A DNA stretch of 64,000 nucleotides from a virus (taxonomy: Duplodnaviria; Caudoviricetes): the IMG/VR virus record IMGVR_UViG_2061766007_001346, positions 32,001-96,000 of that record; one strand, given 5' to 3'. Positions 38,414-51,600 of the stretch are shown here, piece by piece. The notes beneath the pieces were generated by a model, which was not told the DNA's origin, ran no database searches, and saw only the letters and a program-made list of their open reading frames with translations. The position numbers and the translations under genes were made by a program. Position 1 is the stretch's first letter. Each line of letters begins with the position of its first letter.

Positions 38414-38823
38414 TATATCAAATCCTCTCAATTAATTGGAGTACCTGTTCCTATACAATCTCCATAAAATCTTGTGAACGGAAGTTCTGGATATCCATCT
38501 GGATCATCCACGTAATCTTTAACAAATAATGCAAGATGTTGCTCATCAGGAACAGAAGAACCTAAATAATCAGCTTTACACATATTTGCTGCAAATACGT
38601 AATCATATCCAAATTTGTTTTCCAGAGTAATTCCGTATCTTTTTAGAAGCTCATCGACATTTTCTTTTGAAAGTGTTTGAACTTTAACCTTTCTTCCGTT
38701 TGGTTCTTTTTTATACATCATAGAACTTACTCATTCAAACATCTTTTTAGAAAAATGTCAACCGTTTTGAGCTAAGTATTCCTCCATTCCTGAAGGAAAA
38801 CTATCTCTTGCATCTAATCTCAT
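38413..38823 (-). CDS. Conserved hypothetical protein, 136 aa
   Basis: YLAQNG(W)HFSKKMFE(W), ANMCKADYLGSS, DDPDGY; 3 TGA; TAATG overlaps at both ends. Confidence 0.8.
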
Positions 38824-39005
38824 TATCTACGCATTCTATATGAACGAGAAGACATTTTATAAGACTTCTCTCCTTCTTCCATCTCTTTCATTGCATCTTC
38901 CCAGCCATCTTCGTAGCCACACTCGTATGCTTCCTCTACTGATTTTTCATCGTGACGCATGTTTTTATAACCACGGTCTTTTTCTCTAATTTCCCACATT
39001 CTCAT
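38823..39005 (-). CDS. Small charged protein, 60 aa (AYECGYEDG)
   Basis: Track ORF, overlapping both neighbours. Confidence 0.7.
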   Translation of the reverse strand: MRMWEIREKDRGYKNMRHDEKSVEEAYECGYEDGWEDAMKEMEEGEKSYKMSSRSYRMRR

Positions 39006-39507
39006 TAATTGGTCCTCCTTTAAGTTCTTTAATCAATAAGGCCATATTCCTACTCATTTCATCCATTTGAGCGCGTAGTTCACTTATTTCTTTTTGTTGT
39101 GCCTGTTTTTCAGCCATTTCTGGATTAAAATCAGATAACAATTTATCATAAGTTGTAATTAAACTTTTATGATATGGTGCACTATTAATTATATCAACAC
39201 TCTTCTGCTTTAAACTCAATATTTCAGAATTCATCGCTTCTCTACTATCTGAAATAACTAAATTTTCACCATTACTGTAAGAATCCGCTATATCCAATTG
39301 AGCTGGAATAGCATTCATATTTACAGTAATATCGTTGAGTTTAATAACTAAATCTACTACCAATTCTTGAGGTTGTCCAAACGCATTAGGCATTTGATAT
39401 TTAGGTTTCGGGATAGGTTGATTTACAACATATCCTGTTTCCAACCTAGGATTATCTCCTTTATGCAATACATAAATAGGACTATTTGGTCTTACTGATT
39501 GAAACAT
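38986..39507 (-). CDS. Conserved hypothetical protein with C-terminal coiled coil, 173 aa
   Basis: Clean ORF in the operon. Confidence 0.8.
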   Translation of the reverse strand: MFQSVRPNSPIYVLHKGDNPRLETGYVVNQPIPKPKYQMPNAFGQPQELVVDLVIKLNDITVNMNAIPAQLDIADSYSNGENLVISDSREAMNSEILSLKQKSVDIINSAPYHKSLITTYDKLLSDFNPEMAEKQAQQKEISELRAQMDEMSRNMALLIKELKGGPINENVGN

Positions 39508-39514
39508 AATTAAA

Positions 39515-39853
39515 CTAAATTAATAATTGTAATATACCATTTTCTCTATCATAGAATACTAGATGTATTCCTTCTGTCATTTCAACTCCACTTACAGGTG
39601 TACCTCCAAATGTAGTAACGGCGATATTAGTGCCAGCTACACTAGGAACATTGAAATAAACAGGAAGTGCGTCTCCACTTGTTGCTGCTTGTTCATCAAT
39701 TCTTACAGCAATTAAACCAGAAAATCTAGAGTTAACTGCTGGAGAAGTATTGAAATTGAAAGTAACAGAACTAGTAGATTCTGTAATACTTCTAGATTCG
39801 ATACATGGAATTCCATTAATATTTACTCTGTTATATACGAAATTCGTTGCCAT
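39515..39853 (-). CDS. Small beta-rich hypothetical protein, 112 aa
   Basis: Clean ORF in the operon. Confidence 0.75.
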   Translation of the reverse strand: MATNFVYNRVNINGIPCIESRSITESTSSVTFNFNTSPAVNSRFSGLIAVRIDEQAATSGDALPVYFNVPSVAGTNIAVTTFGGTPVSGVEMTEGIHLVFYDRENGILQLLI

Positions 39854-39867
39854 AGTTAGGAGCCCTC

Positions 39868-40737
39868 CTATGCTCAGATGGAGCCAGTGCCTCCGTAATA
39901 TGGGAAATAATTAGAATTACCGTATAAATAGTAAGACGGAATAGCGGTTAATTGAGGATACTGTACTGTAGCGGTGCTAGGTTGTGCAGCTTTGATTTCA
40001 GAAACTTCTTTCTGAATTGGAGCGAGCATAGCGGCAACAGCAGCTGTTTGATTAGCATTATCAATCTGAGTCTTAAGAGCTGTATTATTAGCAGTAAGTA
40101 AATCAATTTTATCTTGTAATTCACGTTCTTTAAGAGCACAGAATTGGTCGTTCATAGCGATAGTTTGAGCGTTGATAGCGTTAATTATAGAACTAGCGTT
40201 TCTATCGGCTTGCGAACCTAACAGATTGGTTTGTTCAATGGTCTGAATTCTTGTTTCATAACCTTGCGTTGTAGTTAAAAGGCGATTTTCGCAGCAACAT
40301 TCTTGAAGTTTAGCAACAATAGAAGCATCGCCAGAAAGAATTGCGTTTTGTACCTGTAAACCAGAAAGTCCAACCTGAGAGCCAACATTAGCAAGAGCTA
40401 ATCTAGCATCAGAGATTCCCTGACTTATAGTTTCATAATTCATTCCTAAAGTGGTAGCTAACTGACGAACATCTGCATCGGTTCCATTAATTGCTTGAAG
40501 GACAACGTCACGATTGCTGTCAGAATTAACCATACCGTTAATGCCGTTTCCACCAAAGCCGCCGAAACCACCTCAACCACCAAAACCGCCAAAAGCGAGA
40601 CCGAGCAGGAATCCTACGATTCCGCCACCTCAGCCACCTAATCCGTTACCTCATCCGCCTCCATTATTGAGAGCGTAAGCAAGTGGGATATCGTTACGAG
40701 AAGCACCATCAAATACATAAGTTTTTTCGTCTGCCAT
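39868..40737 (-). CDS. Gly/Trp/Phe-rich membrane segment + coiled-coil protein with CCCEN motif, 289 aa
   Basis: ATG 40737; GGG(W)GNGLGG(W)GGGIVGFLLGLAFGGFGG(W)GGFGG; LQECCCENRL; ends (W)A-TAG. Confidence 0.8.
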
Positions 40738-40828
40738 TTTAATAAAATTTAAAGTTATACATGAAATATTTGTTGATCAACAATACAAAAATACTATGTA
40801 AATAATATAAAATCGACACAATACTAAT

Positions 40829-40871
40829 AAAAAAAAATAAACCCTCGCAACCTATAGGGTCACAAGGGTTT
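40829..40871 (-). terminator. Intrinsic terminator after the Stealth gene
   Basis: AAACCCTTGTGACC-CTATA-GGTTGCGAGGGTTT then A and T9. Confidence 0.8.
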
Positions 40872-40898
40872 GTAAGTTTATAAATTAGCAACACATTG

Positions 40899-41798
40899 CT
40901 AATTCTCATATTTATCTGATTTTTCGGGGACTATCTCTTCAAATCAATCTTTTAGTTGTTGCGTCTGTGCATCAACAGCGGTGTCTAGGCCCGTATCATT
41001 AATGCAAACTATATGATATTCTCCGTTAAGTAAATCTTTTAAATTGATACACTTTTTAAAATCGTAGTATTTAGTCTTAATATCTCGAGATACTACATTA
41101 CCGGTGAAATACTCGTAATATGTACTTATCTGTTGAACTAGGTTACAACCTTTACGAAATGTGCTACAATATTGTTTAAAGTTTTTTTCATCTTTGTGCA
41201 ATATATCTCACGTGGATTTATGCATTGCTGTCCAGGAATGTCCATCGCGATAGAACTGGTTAGAATTATTTCTTGCTCTAATTCCTAAAATACGTTTTAC
41301 AAATAATTCAGAATACTTCAACATTGACCTATATGTATCAACTTTCTGTGTTTCTATTCTTATGTTCGCTCGTATTTTTCAATCTTCCGAAAAGAAGTCA
41401 GACGCATGCAATTCCGACAACGGATACATATCGTCATTTATATAAATAAAATTCTCAGATAAATTAGGAATTCTATAGACATAGCATTCTATCGTACCAC
41501 TATTATATGTGGGTAATAAATCTTCCGGAATTATATCTTTATGCTCAATTATTTTTAACTTACCAGATTCTTTTACATAATCAGGAACCTGATCTCTTGT
41601 TTGCACAACCAAATATAAGGTTCTTATGAAAGGGCAGTATTTATCTATACAACGTAAAAGATATTTCAAATCCAGCAGTTGCCTGTACCTATTATCCTCG
41701 GATAATTTCCTATGTAGTTTTAAATTTGTTTCGTTATAAAGTTGTTTCCATGCATCCTTACTCATATCAACATAAGGCAACACCAGATCTATATCCAT
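40899..41798 (-). CDS. Stealth-family hexose-1-phosphate transferase (SacB/CpsY-like), 299 aa
   Basis: CR1 IDLVLPYVD; CR2 LKYLLRCI...HKDIIP..LPTYNS..IE...RIPNLSENFIYINDD; CR4 CIND...(W)FEE..PEKS..E; 3 TGA. Confidence 0.88.
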
Positions 41799-42163
41799 TA
41801 TTCCTTATGAGTAATTTCTTTTCTCCAAGCTTTTATGAACCATTTCTTTCCATAAATCGGATAGTATTTATATCGAGCCAGTTTCATTAGCTCTACCGGT
41901 GCGTAGAAAATAAGACTTACAAGTATGCCAACGGCAATTCCGCCGACAATCCATTTGGCTACTTCCTCGAATAGAGTTGCTTCAACAACCTTTCCAAAAA
42001 TTAGTCCTAGAATCCAAATGAAACCAGCAACAGATGCTGCAATAACAGCAAAGGCTTTATGACTTCATTTGTTATTTTCCTTAACCCACGCGAGTTCTTT
42101 TTCTTCTTGTTCCAACTCTTCCTGAGTTTTCACTACTTCTTGAATTTCTTGATTCTCTTCCAT
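41798..42163 (-). CDS. Two-TM membrane protein, ~121 aa; absent from ORF track
   Basis: Acidic N-terminus, two hydrophobic helices, one TGA, TAATG overlap with Stealth. Confidence 0.7.
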
Positions 42164-42195
42164 AATCATTAAAATTTTAAATTTTTAATCTATCA

Positions 42196-43656
42196 TTAAC
42201 CGGCAATAGACGCTTCTATGGATCTGACTCTATCGTCAAGTTCATTTAACGCCGCCGCAGTCACCTTTTCGTTTTCGATAATGACATCTTCGATATTTTT
42301 TGTTGTGTACTCTGTTATATAAACAGTTGGGAAACCACCGCTCTCCGATGTAATTTCTATGGGAGTTCCAATTTCAGTAGAAACAATTCCGTCTGTTCAA
42401 TTATCCATATCTATGCGTGTAGGAGTCATTGATGCATATTGAATTTTTGCAAGTTCTTCCAACTCAGATCTATCTGTAATAGAATCGTCACATATATATA
42501 GTACAAGCGTATCACCATTTATATCGAAGCCAGCCTTTTTATTTCCCAACTGTATTGTGCCATTTAAATTAACAACGTCGCCATATCTAGCAGAATAAAA
42601 CTTCTCTGTATATAGATCGGATATGGGAGTGTCGTTTAATACCGTATGATACGTATACATATGCATATCAGATTCGTAGCTATAGTCTCCGTTCAGAAGT
42701 AAATCGTGTGCATATTTTTCAATATATTTCGGATATGCAATATCACACATACTTCCCACACCGGATAAAAACGCTTCGGTTTCAAATGTGTGTTCGCCGA
42801 TAGTAACAATCGGATGCAGAACGATATTATTAATTTCTCCATTTTTAGTAATATCGTATCCTAGACTATGTATATATGTATATTTATTGCTTGTGTTTTC
42901 TAATTCAACTATTTCTTCGGGACGCAGCAGATCGTTTAATGAACAAATAAACCCATCGATCAACACATGATAATAATATTTTTTTGTTCCCGAATTCGTA
43001 TTAGATCCAACAGATACTGTATTTTTTAAAGTTGTTAGATTGGTATTCGCTTTAACAATAACATATTGCGATCTTGTTCCAGAAATTGAAGAAAGATACG
43101 TATTCCCGAAAGTAAAAACAGGACTTATATTCTCTACACTACCGGTAGATATATTTGTTCTAGTGGAATTATTTGTAATTTCCATATAATACCAATAATC
43201 ACTTTTTGTTACATACTGACGGGAGATTGTATTTGCTGACAATCTACTGGCAGCATAACTAGAACTATTTCCAGTGGTATCTATATCTATATTAACCTGC
43301 GTGAAAGAATAATGTCGTGGTTCCCTTCCAATAATTTTATCTACCGTAATAAATGTGGTCTCTGTTTCACTACGGCAAGCGCTTCTGGTATTTCCCGTAA
43401 GTAAAAAGTTCTGTGCGGTTAAATCCTTATATACAGTCTGTGGATTAAACGAGTTCTTTCCGTTGGAAGAACTTGTCTCATCACCGAGTTCCATTCATGC
43501 AATTAGTTGCTGTATCTTCTTTTTATTAATTATCGATCACTTGCCGTCTTTATATTCAAATCATCCAACAAATTCACCATCGTTATTTAATCGATATCAA
43601 ATATCAGATGTTGAAGTTGGCTCCGATGTATCTTTTCAGATATTTAATGTGTCCAT
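42196..43656 (-). CDS. Putative fibre/spike protein, 486 aa
   Basis: ATG 43656, five TGA in the first 54 codons; C-terminal NEKVTAAALNELDDRV coiled-coil motif; ends TAA TGA TAG. Confidence 0.7.
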
Positions 43657-43657
43657 A

Positions 43658-43951
43658 TTAATTGTTTTTGATATTAATTAAATCCTCTTTAAGTCAAAAG
43701 AGTTCTTTAAACCCTTGTTCCTTTTTTCCTTTAGGAATTTTTCCATCTCTAACTCAATTGTCGAAAGTGGCTCTGCTTTTATTTAAAAATTTGCAAGCTT
43801 GATACTTACTCAGTTTTTCTTTTGCGTTAGTTGTTTTGTTTATCATATCTAACACTTCATCACACTGTTCGTCCGGCATATTGGAGTTATTACAATCTAT
43901 ATTATTGATTATTGTCTGAAGCGCTGTTCGCACTAATTCTATTTTTGACAT
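43658..43951 (-). CDS. Xis/AlpA-like winged-HTH DNA-binding protein, 97 aa
   Basis: LSKYQACKFLNKSRATFDN(W)VRDGKIPKG...F(W)LKEDL. Confidence 0.8.
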
Positions 43952-44315
43952 TACTCTTTTCTTTTAAATACATTCCTATTATAATAAACACGATCGTAAT
44001 CATTAGATATATTGCCAACATCGGTTTTCCGGTAATTGGCAGATTAAAATAATAATATATTGCGTTTAACAAATCTATCAGAACACAATATCACAATGGA
44101 AGTCTATGCCAACTGCAAAATCTCAATAACTTTGATATAGCAAAAATCACTATAAATGACATTATACTTAGACTGCATAGGCACGAAACAAAGGGAAATG
44201 TTATACCAAAACAAGATGCACCGGACATTATAAAATAACCAATTGCGATCACCATTGGTATATATTTGACAATGATTTTACAAAGTCTAAATTCTGTTCG
44301 CGATATTTCCTCCAT
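43902..44315 (-). CDS. Multi-pass membrane protein, ~137 aa
   Basis: About four hydrophobic segments; one TGA; TAA 43902-04. Confidence 0.7.
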
Positions 44316-44532
44316 TTCTATTTGCAACAGGTGTGTTTGTTCACGGAGTAAAACCCGCATAATAGGTGATACGAGGAATTCCGTATTTATTTCTGGGAAG
44401 TGCTTTTTGTCGAGAAGAAAGTCCCTCTATAGTATTTTTCTTATACATTGTACTAAGTTTTCTCAATTGTTCTATCAACGGAACAGAAGAACCCTTGTAC
44501 ATATATGCATTTCAATTTATCAAATCGTTCAT
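44287..44532 (-). CDS. Small basic protein, 81 aa, C-terminal ANRNGGNI motif; absent from ORF track
   Basis: First ATG after promoter 44558-89; two TGA; TAG 44287-89. Confidence 0.6.
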
Positions 44533-44557
44533 ATTAACAATAATTTATAATTTCCCG

Positions 44558-44589
44558 CAAATATAATAAATATTATTGAATTTTCCAAA
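44558..44589 (-). promoter_or_regulatory. Bacteroidota-type promoter
   Basis: TTTG-N20-TATATTTG. Confidence 0.7.
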
Positions 44590-44601
44590 ATTTATATAAA
44601 C

Positions 44602-44630
44602 AAAAATCCCGGATATTAATCCGGGATTTT
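44602..44630 (-). terminator. Intrinsic terminator (possibly bidirectional)
   Basis: Perfect inverted repeat AAAATCCCGGAT-ATTA-ATCCGGGATTTT. Confidence 0.85.
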
Positions 44631-44637
44631 ATTAATA

Positions 44638-45678
44638 CTATATAGATTGTTGTTCAAAGTATGCTTCTTCTGCGAAACTATTTGTTCCAGAGCAACTGAC
44701 AACCAAACTAAAATCATCTGCAATAGCCCCATTATAAGTTAACTGGGCTTTAGTATGATCGGCAAAGTTCGCTGCATTAAGACCCCAATAAACAGTCTGG
44801 TGAGCACCAAGACTCAGTGATTGGTTAGTCATTAATACTTGTTCTACTTGTCCATTATCTATATTTTGAATAAACACTTCAATTCCATTGTAATATGTGG
44901 TGGTATCACCTCCGACAAATTCAATCTGCCAGCTTTGTTTATTCAACCAACTATTATTGGAATCATTATATCAGTTGATTACTCTTGGTGTAATGGTCAC
45001 GGATGATTGTGATCCACCACCACCAGAACCAGATTGTGTAACAGTTATTGTTGCCGATTCACGACCCTCACTTTCCGAAATATAAATATATCCAGTTCTT
45101 AAAGCACCTGTATTTGCGGCAATCACTACCGAAACATTTGTACGACTTCCAGAACCATTTAAATTGTTTGAATCGACTGTTATCCAAGGGTCAGAACTGA
45201 TAGTTCATTCAAGACGAGAATCGATGGTGAAACTAAACTGTGTAGTTAAACCTGCGGCGGGAGCACTGATTGTATCAGGATTTACAGTAATTGTCACCGG
45301 CAAACTATCCTGATAAACAGTAATTGTTACCGATAGATTGCCATATGTGAACGTTACCGTTCCGGTCCTTGTATCAAAACTATTATTTTCTGCACAGGTT
45401 ATTACACAAGTGTTTCCGTTCGTTCCGCTATTTCGACTCAAAGTAATCCAGGCCCTATTTGAACTAGCTGTCCAAGTTCCAGTACATGTAACCGTTACTG
45501 TTCTAGAACCGCCACTTGCCTGACAACTAAAAGTCGAATTTGGACTTACTTGTAGGTTCTCTACGGGTGCGGTAGAACCCCACACCCGTGTTGAACCATA
45601 ATAAACCGATTTTACTTGACTGTTTCCATATCACATTTCGTTTATGGAACCAGAAATACTATATTTAATATCTCCCAT
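44638..45678 (-). CDS. Tandem BACON-domain protein, 346 aa
   Basis: Two repeats of W.....WIT....G....V...N....RTG.......ITV.Q; joined via TGA. Confidence 0.85.
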
Positions 45679-45679
45679 A

Positions 45680-48600
45680 TTAATTTAAAACGAAATAAAG
45701 AGTTCTAGGATCACGACTCTGTGGCAAGGCACTAACTACTTCGATACGGTCAACAATATTACTAACATTATAAACGCTATCTTTTATAGTTGGTGTTTTA
45801 ATAACTTGATAAGTATTACCATTAGTTACATCTTGGAATTGCAATTGTTGCGAACTTAACACCGCGGTATCTATAAATTCATTACCGGTACTTCCTAGCT
45901 CAGAATGTACTTGTACCATGCCTAGTGAAAGTTTTGCATAATTTTCTAAGTTAAACATGGTATCTACACCAAGATCGTTTCTAATTTCATCTGGTGAGAG
46001 TGTTGATTTTTGAGTTCATGTGCTAGTCCCACCATCGCCGTTACTTCCAACTGTAACTGCTGTTGTAGTAATGCCACCTTCGCTACCAATAGTTAATACA
46101 CCGTCAATTGTACCACTTTCTGCATGAATTGTACCAGTAATTTCAGCATCGTCGGAGACAAGTTTACCAGTATTATCAACAGTAAATGGAGCGGTAGTTA
46201 GATCTCCCGGAGTTTCTGGTTCACCAGCCCAGATACGAACGTTGCCAACGGTATTTGCACCAGAAGCAGAAGCAACATCTGCACTAGATGCCATACCAGC
46301 AACAACAGCGTTTCCATCGGTGATAATAACCTGTTTTGCGGAAAGTTGATTGATATATGCGGAATTAGCCAGCATTGTTTCAAACCAACTATCGCTTTGA
46401 GGAGTATATGTTTCCCAATGACTAGGATCTGAAGCAGGACTTGCGGGCTTATTATTCGAACAAGTTACATCAGCCTTACATTTATAATAAGAAGTCGTTT
46501 GTCCAGAAACATATCTTACAACATCGAGACAATATATACCGTTAACAGCAGTCGTTCCACTAGAGTACTCGTTCTGAGGATCGGTCCAATCGGAAACTCT
46601 TACAACCTTACCGTCAAGATATTGATATGTTACCACAGTTTCACCGGGCTCACCCTGTTTACCAGGATAAATTACACCAACAGGTTCTGTATCAGTAACA
46701 GTTTGATTATAACCAACAATCGCCAACACGTTGTTCTTGACAACAGCAGATAGCTTCGTCAGATCGAGTATACCATAACAGCTGTAATCGTCGTAATTAC
46801 GCTGATTATCATCGGAATTATAGAATCGAACTGTGAATACAGCAGATGCTGCATTACCAACCCGATTGCCACTTTCGTCAAAGTATAATGTTGCATCAGA
46901 GACACCAGCGGAAACACTTCCACCATATTCTGTGAAGTTGAATGTACTTCTATCGTTGCCGGACGGTGTGGCGATATAATTCTTAAGATATACTAACTTC
47001 TGAGCACCACCATCAAGAGAGTAGCCAAGAACCATATTTCTTTGTGCATCCAGACTATTCGTGCCCATATAACCAGAAATCATAACCTGATTTGGACTAT
47101 AGTCTGTAGCATCCTCGCCACCCTTCTTAATTGCGGCAGGCATAGTATCAAGAACCGTCACAATCTTTTCTGCAAATACAGGAGAGATCGTTATCGTTTC
47201 AGAACCACTATATCCATCAGCATTAGAAGCGGTGATGGTCAGTACAAGCGTGTCGTCCAATATTGCCGGATCTGTAAACGTAACAGATAGCGAAACACTA
47301 TAGTAGATATGTTCGGAAATATATGCATATGCCGGGCGAATCGTTACTGTACCAGTAGATAATGGAAGCGTAACATAGTTGTTGCTTAACGTCTTAGTAA
47401 GATTTGTATTATTGAATGATACGAAATCTATACCGTTAATTGCAACATTGTCAATTGTACGAAGGGTCCCGCTATTATCGTACATAGCAAGGAATCCAAG
47501 ATTGAACGTGGTCTTCAGCGATGCATTCTCCACTCTATCTACGTTATTAATCATCGTCGGATGATTCTGATTCTCAACGCTTAATGAACAAGCCTTTGTA
47601 ACACGAGGGTCTATACCAGCCCAGAGAACTGCGTCTTGGAAGTCTCCCCATTCGCCACCAGTGCCGTCATCGTGGTATTTACGCTTGGAAGCATAAACGA
47701 ACGGACGAGCGTCGGTAACGCCAGGATTGTTATCGGTTGCCTGCAGACCAGGTTCTACCCAAGCGTTAAGAGCGTTCTTATATTTGCAGTAAGGACGTGC
47801 CTCATCTTGAGTATGATATACTGCAAGATTGATAACGGTTAACTTACCACTATTATTGCTCTGAATTAATCGATGCTGAGCGTCAGTTACAGCAAAGAAT
47901 ACATATTCAAGCCCATCGCCATCTCTACCATTCTCGCCAAACTTACTCCAGATAACAGGCGTGCTGAATGAACCATACACAGGATTATTGGAGGCGTCGT
48001 AGGTGATATCACGCTGAGATACATATTCGTACTTATTGACTGCATCAACACCTTCGGGATTATCTGACCAGAACGAAGACGGCGTAGTAACACTTGCGTT
48101 ATCGCCCGGAATGAAATCCTTATGCTGATTATTTACAACAGTCCTATTAGTATCTCCGGAAACATAGCCCTTCGTCTGATGAATTGCATTGAGTAATTCA
48201 GTAGCGTTAAGCTCGTGATCATACAGATGATATATATATTCTACATAGTCACCGTCTTTACCATCTTCAGCGTAACGATTATATATTTGCGGTTGGGACC
48301 ACTCTCTTAGAGTTGGATTGTCAAGCTTTCTTACGGAAATCCAGCAAGGCATTCCGTTAGCAGGAGTAATAGGGGTATCTTCCCACGTTTCATAAGTAAT
48401 AGTTGCGGGAGTTGTGCTATTATCAACAATACGAACTCTTGGAACAACGTTATACTGATAGTAGTACTCGTTCAGATTCGTAGTTACCGTAGAACCGTCG
48501 GGCAAATCAATAGCACCAACATTAGATGAAGTAGGAGTTGTAGGTCTTGTGGCGCTTAGTATAAAGATTTGCTCCATACCGAAGCCGTCATCACCAGACC

Positions 48601-51600
48601 ATTTTGCCCAAGTGTAATCGGTAATCGTAGAAGAATCTTCTACATTGAAGTCAACATACATACCAACATACTTACCAGGGAATTCACCAATTTGCGTGAA
48701 CGGTTGTGTAACTGGAGTAAATGCGAGACGAACCTGTCCAACACCCATTACCGTACATAAAGCACCGTTAGGAGCTTCGTTAGCAAACTTCTGATGGATG
48801 TAGGAACTTTCACCAGCAGGACCTTGAAGGGGACCAACACATCTCCAACCGTATACAAGACCATTTGCACAGTCATCAACAGCGGGAGTTTCTCCGGTAT
48901 AGACCCACATATCAGTATGGTCGATAATATTGTTACTATCAAATACAGTTACCAAGATGGAAGCACCAACCGTTGCAACAGAATTGAACGCGGCCATATT
49001 GGACTTCCAATTACTGGTTGCTTCAGTACAGCCTTCGTATTCAGTAATAAGGGCGTTTACAGTACCAATAGGAGCAAAGGATGTACCATCCTCACCTCGC
49101 CTACCAGTTTCACCTTTAATCTTAGCATACGTCCAGCCACTCCAAGTACCACCGTTTCTGACAGCCGTTGCCATCCATACAGGGGAAGGAATGTCATTTT
49201 CGTCGCCCCAGACAACATTGCCATCTTTTAATCCAGCGGCAGTTCTAAAGGCAACTTCGTCAACACCACCCAAAGCAGTATCATCAATGTATGCATCGTT
49301 GTTAAGATTAGGGAGCGGGTATGCGGTCTTGGCATTCTCTTCGGCACTGAATTCAATCTGGATTCGAGAAGAGTCGCCCAGCATACAAGGTGAAGACCAG
49401 CCAGTATCAGGAACATCTCCAATCAAGTTGTAGGACATCCAAACTGGAGCAGAACCACTAGGGATACTATCACTCCATTCGACATTAACTGTACTTCCAT
49501 TAATGGTAGTTACAATGTCAGAAGGGTCGGTATCGTTACTTAGTACAGCTGTAGAAAGGTTAATACTTGTTCTTGCAAAAATATATGATGTATAAACGCT
49601 TTCGCCATCTACAACATGTCTGTTTCATAGAACAGGAGTAGAGAATGGTTTCCAAACTTTATTGACACCATCATATTTTCTTATAGAAACGAACTGATAA
49701 GGAGTTGAACTGTTAACATTTAACGGTTCGTCGGTCCAGTTTCTATCCCAACCAGTATCGGACTGCCAGCCTTCCTCGGTTATACCAGTCGTTGCATTAG
49801 GATTGGTTCCACCAGGAATCCAGTCGTTTTCCTGATAGTGAGGCGGTACGACAAATTCATTATCCTCAAAGTCTTCTACAGTAGGAGGATATACAGCGCC
49901 ACCAGTATTGTTAAGAGTAACAGCACGGGTTACGCCGTCAATAGTAACATCGCTTTCTCCAGCGAGTCTATAGATGTATTCGACACCGTCGCCATCAACA
50001 CCGTTTTCTCCCCACATGGACCAGATAAACGGAGTGCAGTAGGCACCCCACTGGCCAGTTTCTCCATCCTTGATACGCATGGACGCACCTTCGATTTCGT
50101 GATCCACATCAATACCCTGAGGGTGATTGTACCAGTGTCCAACAGAATCTTCAGGTTCGGTGCTCGGAGGAATATTAACCTTATCTGCATTAAATGCGGC
50201 TAAATCAGCATATAGTTTGAAGATGAATTCAACGCTATCTCCATCGACACCAGGATTGCCATCTATACCAGAAATACATATAGGCGTTTGCCAATCAGAT
50301 GAGGCAATAACTGTACCATCGGAATCAAATGTAGCAGAAGTCATCCATAATCGACTACCATCGTTTGGATTGTTTTCCGGACTTTCCTTCCAAGGGCTGC
50401 CAGCAGCTAACGTAAGCGTGTTAGTAGATCTATCTCATGCACAACCAGCGGGTTTAGCAGGAACGGCAGGATCACCAGTACCCGGCTTATACCAACGATA
50501 GACAAGGAATGTTCTGGAAGTTACCACATTGAACTGACCGCCAGCAAGATTATCGATACGCGCATTAAGTGCGTCAATACCGGCCTGATAAGTAGCTCTT
50601 GTAACATAGTCGGTCAAATCCTGAATTGTATCGCTGTCAATGAACTCTCCTACATCGGTCCAAGTAGAACCATTGTTATAAGAGATATATAGATGATTTT
50701 GTGCAGGAGTTCCAACACTACCATCACCAATCTTTATCTTCAGCGCAGTAAGATCTGCGGAAGTACCGGAACCACCACCACCAACAGCACCGACTGGTTG
50801 CCAAGAATCTGCAACACCGTTTCGATATGAGATATAAAGATAGTTGTCCTCAATCTTAAGTTTGATATTAAAACCGTTAGCAACTAGATCCTGAAGTGTA
50901 GCGGAAAGATTATTAAGTTCGGTTTTAGTAGCATATGCAGATAAATCCTGATTTCCGCCGCCACCGGTGATAACGATATTTCCACCTTCGGTAATCTTTT
51001 GGCCATTAATCGTAGCCATGTCGGAATCCTTAAGGAAGCGTGCATCAGATTCAGCCTTTGTGTATGCATCCGGAACTTCGGATTTCTTGGCGTAATCGCT
51101 TAGATTTTCTGCAGTAAGATAAGCACCCTTGGTCTGATATCTTAAATCAGATTCAGTCTTGCTGTATGCATCAACAGGAGCGATGCTATTGACGGCAATT
51201 TCCAGTTGACGTAATTTATTATTAATTTGATTTAAATCTATTTCGTAATTGGCGAAAGGAATTTTACCAGCATCAAACAGAATATCGCCTAATTCAACGT
51301 CGGAAATAACTCTATGACCTTCGGCAGTGCTATCGTATGTGGCATGAATAACCTGTCGGTGTCCAAAGTGATAATAACCATCGTCATCGGCCCAGAACGA
51401 GACTCCTGCAAGAGCCAGGTTCATCAAGTCTGAGATGTGAATTAGGTTGTTCCATTCTTCATCGCCTTCGCGTTTCCATTGAATGAAATTAGCAGGTCCT
51501 GATTCTTCGTCAGAACGCTTAGTATTATCGGAATCAACTCTAAGGATAAGAGGTTTGTAATCCTGTGCACGAAGATCGTCTAAATTAATTGGTGCAGGAG

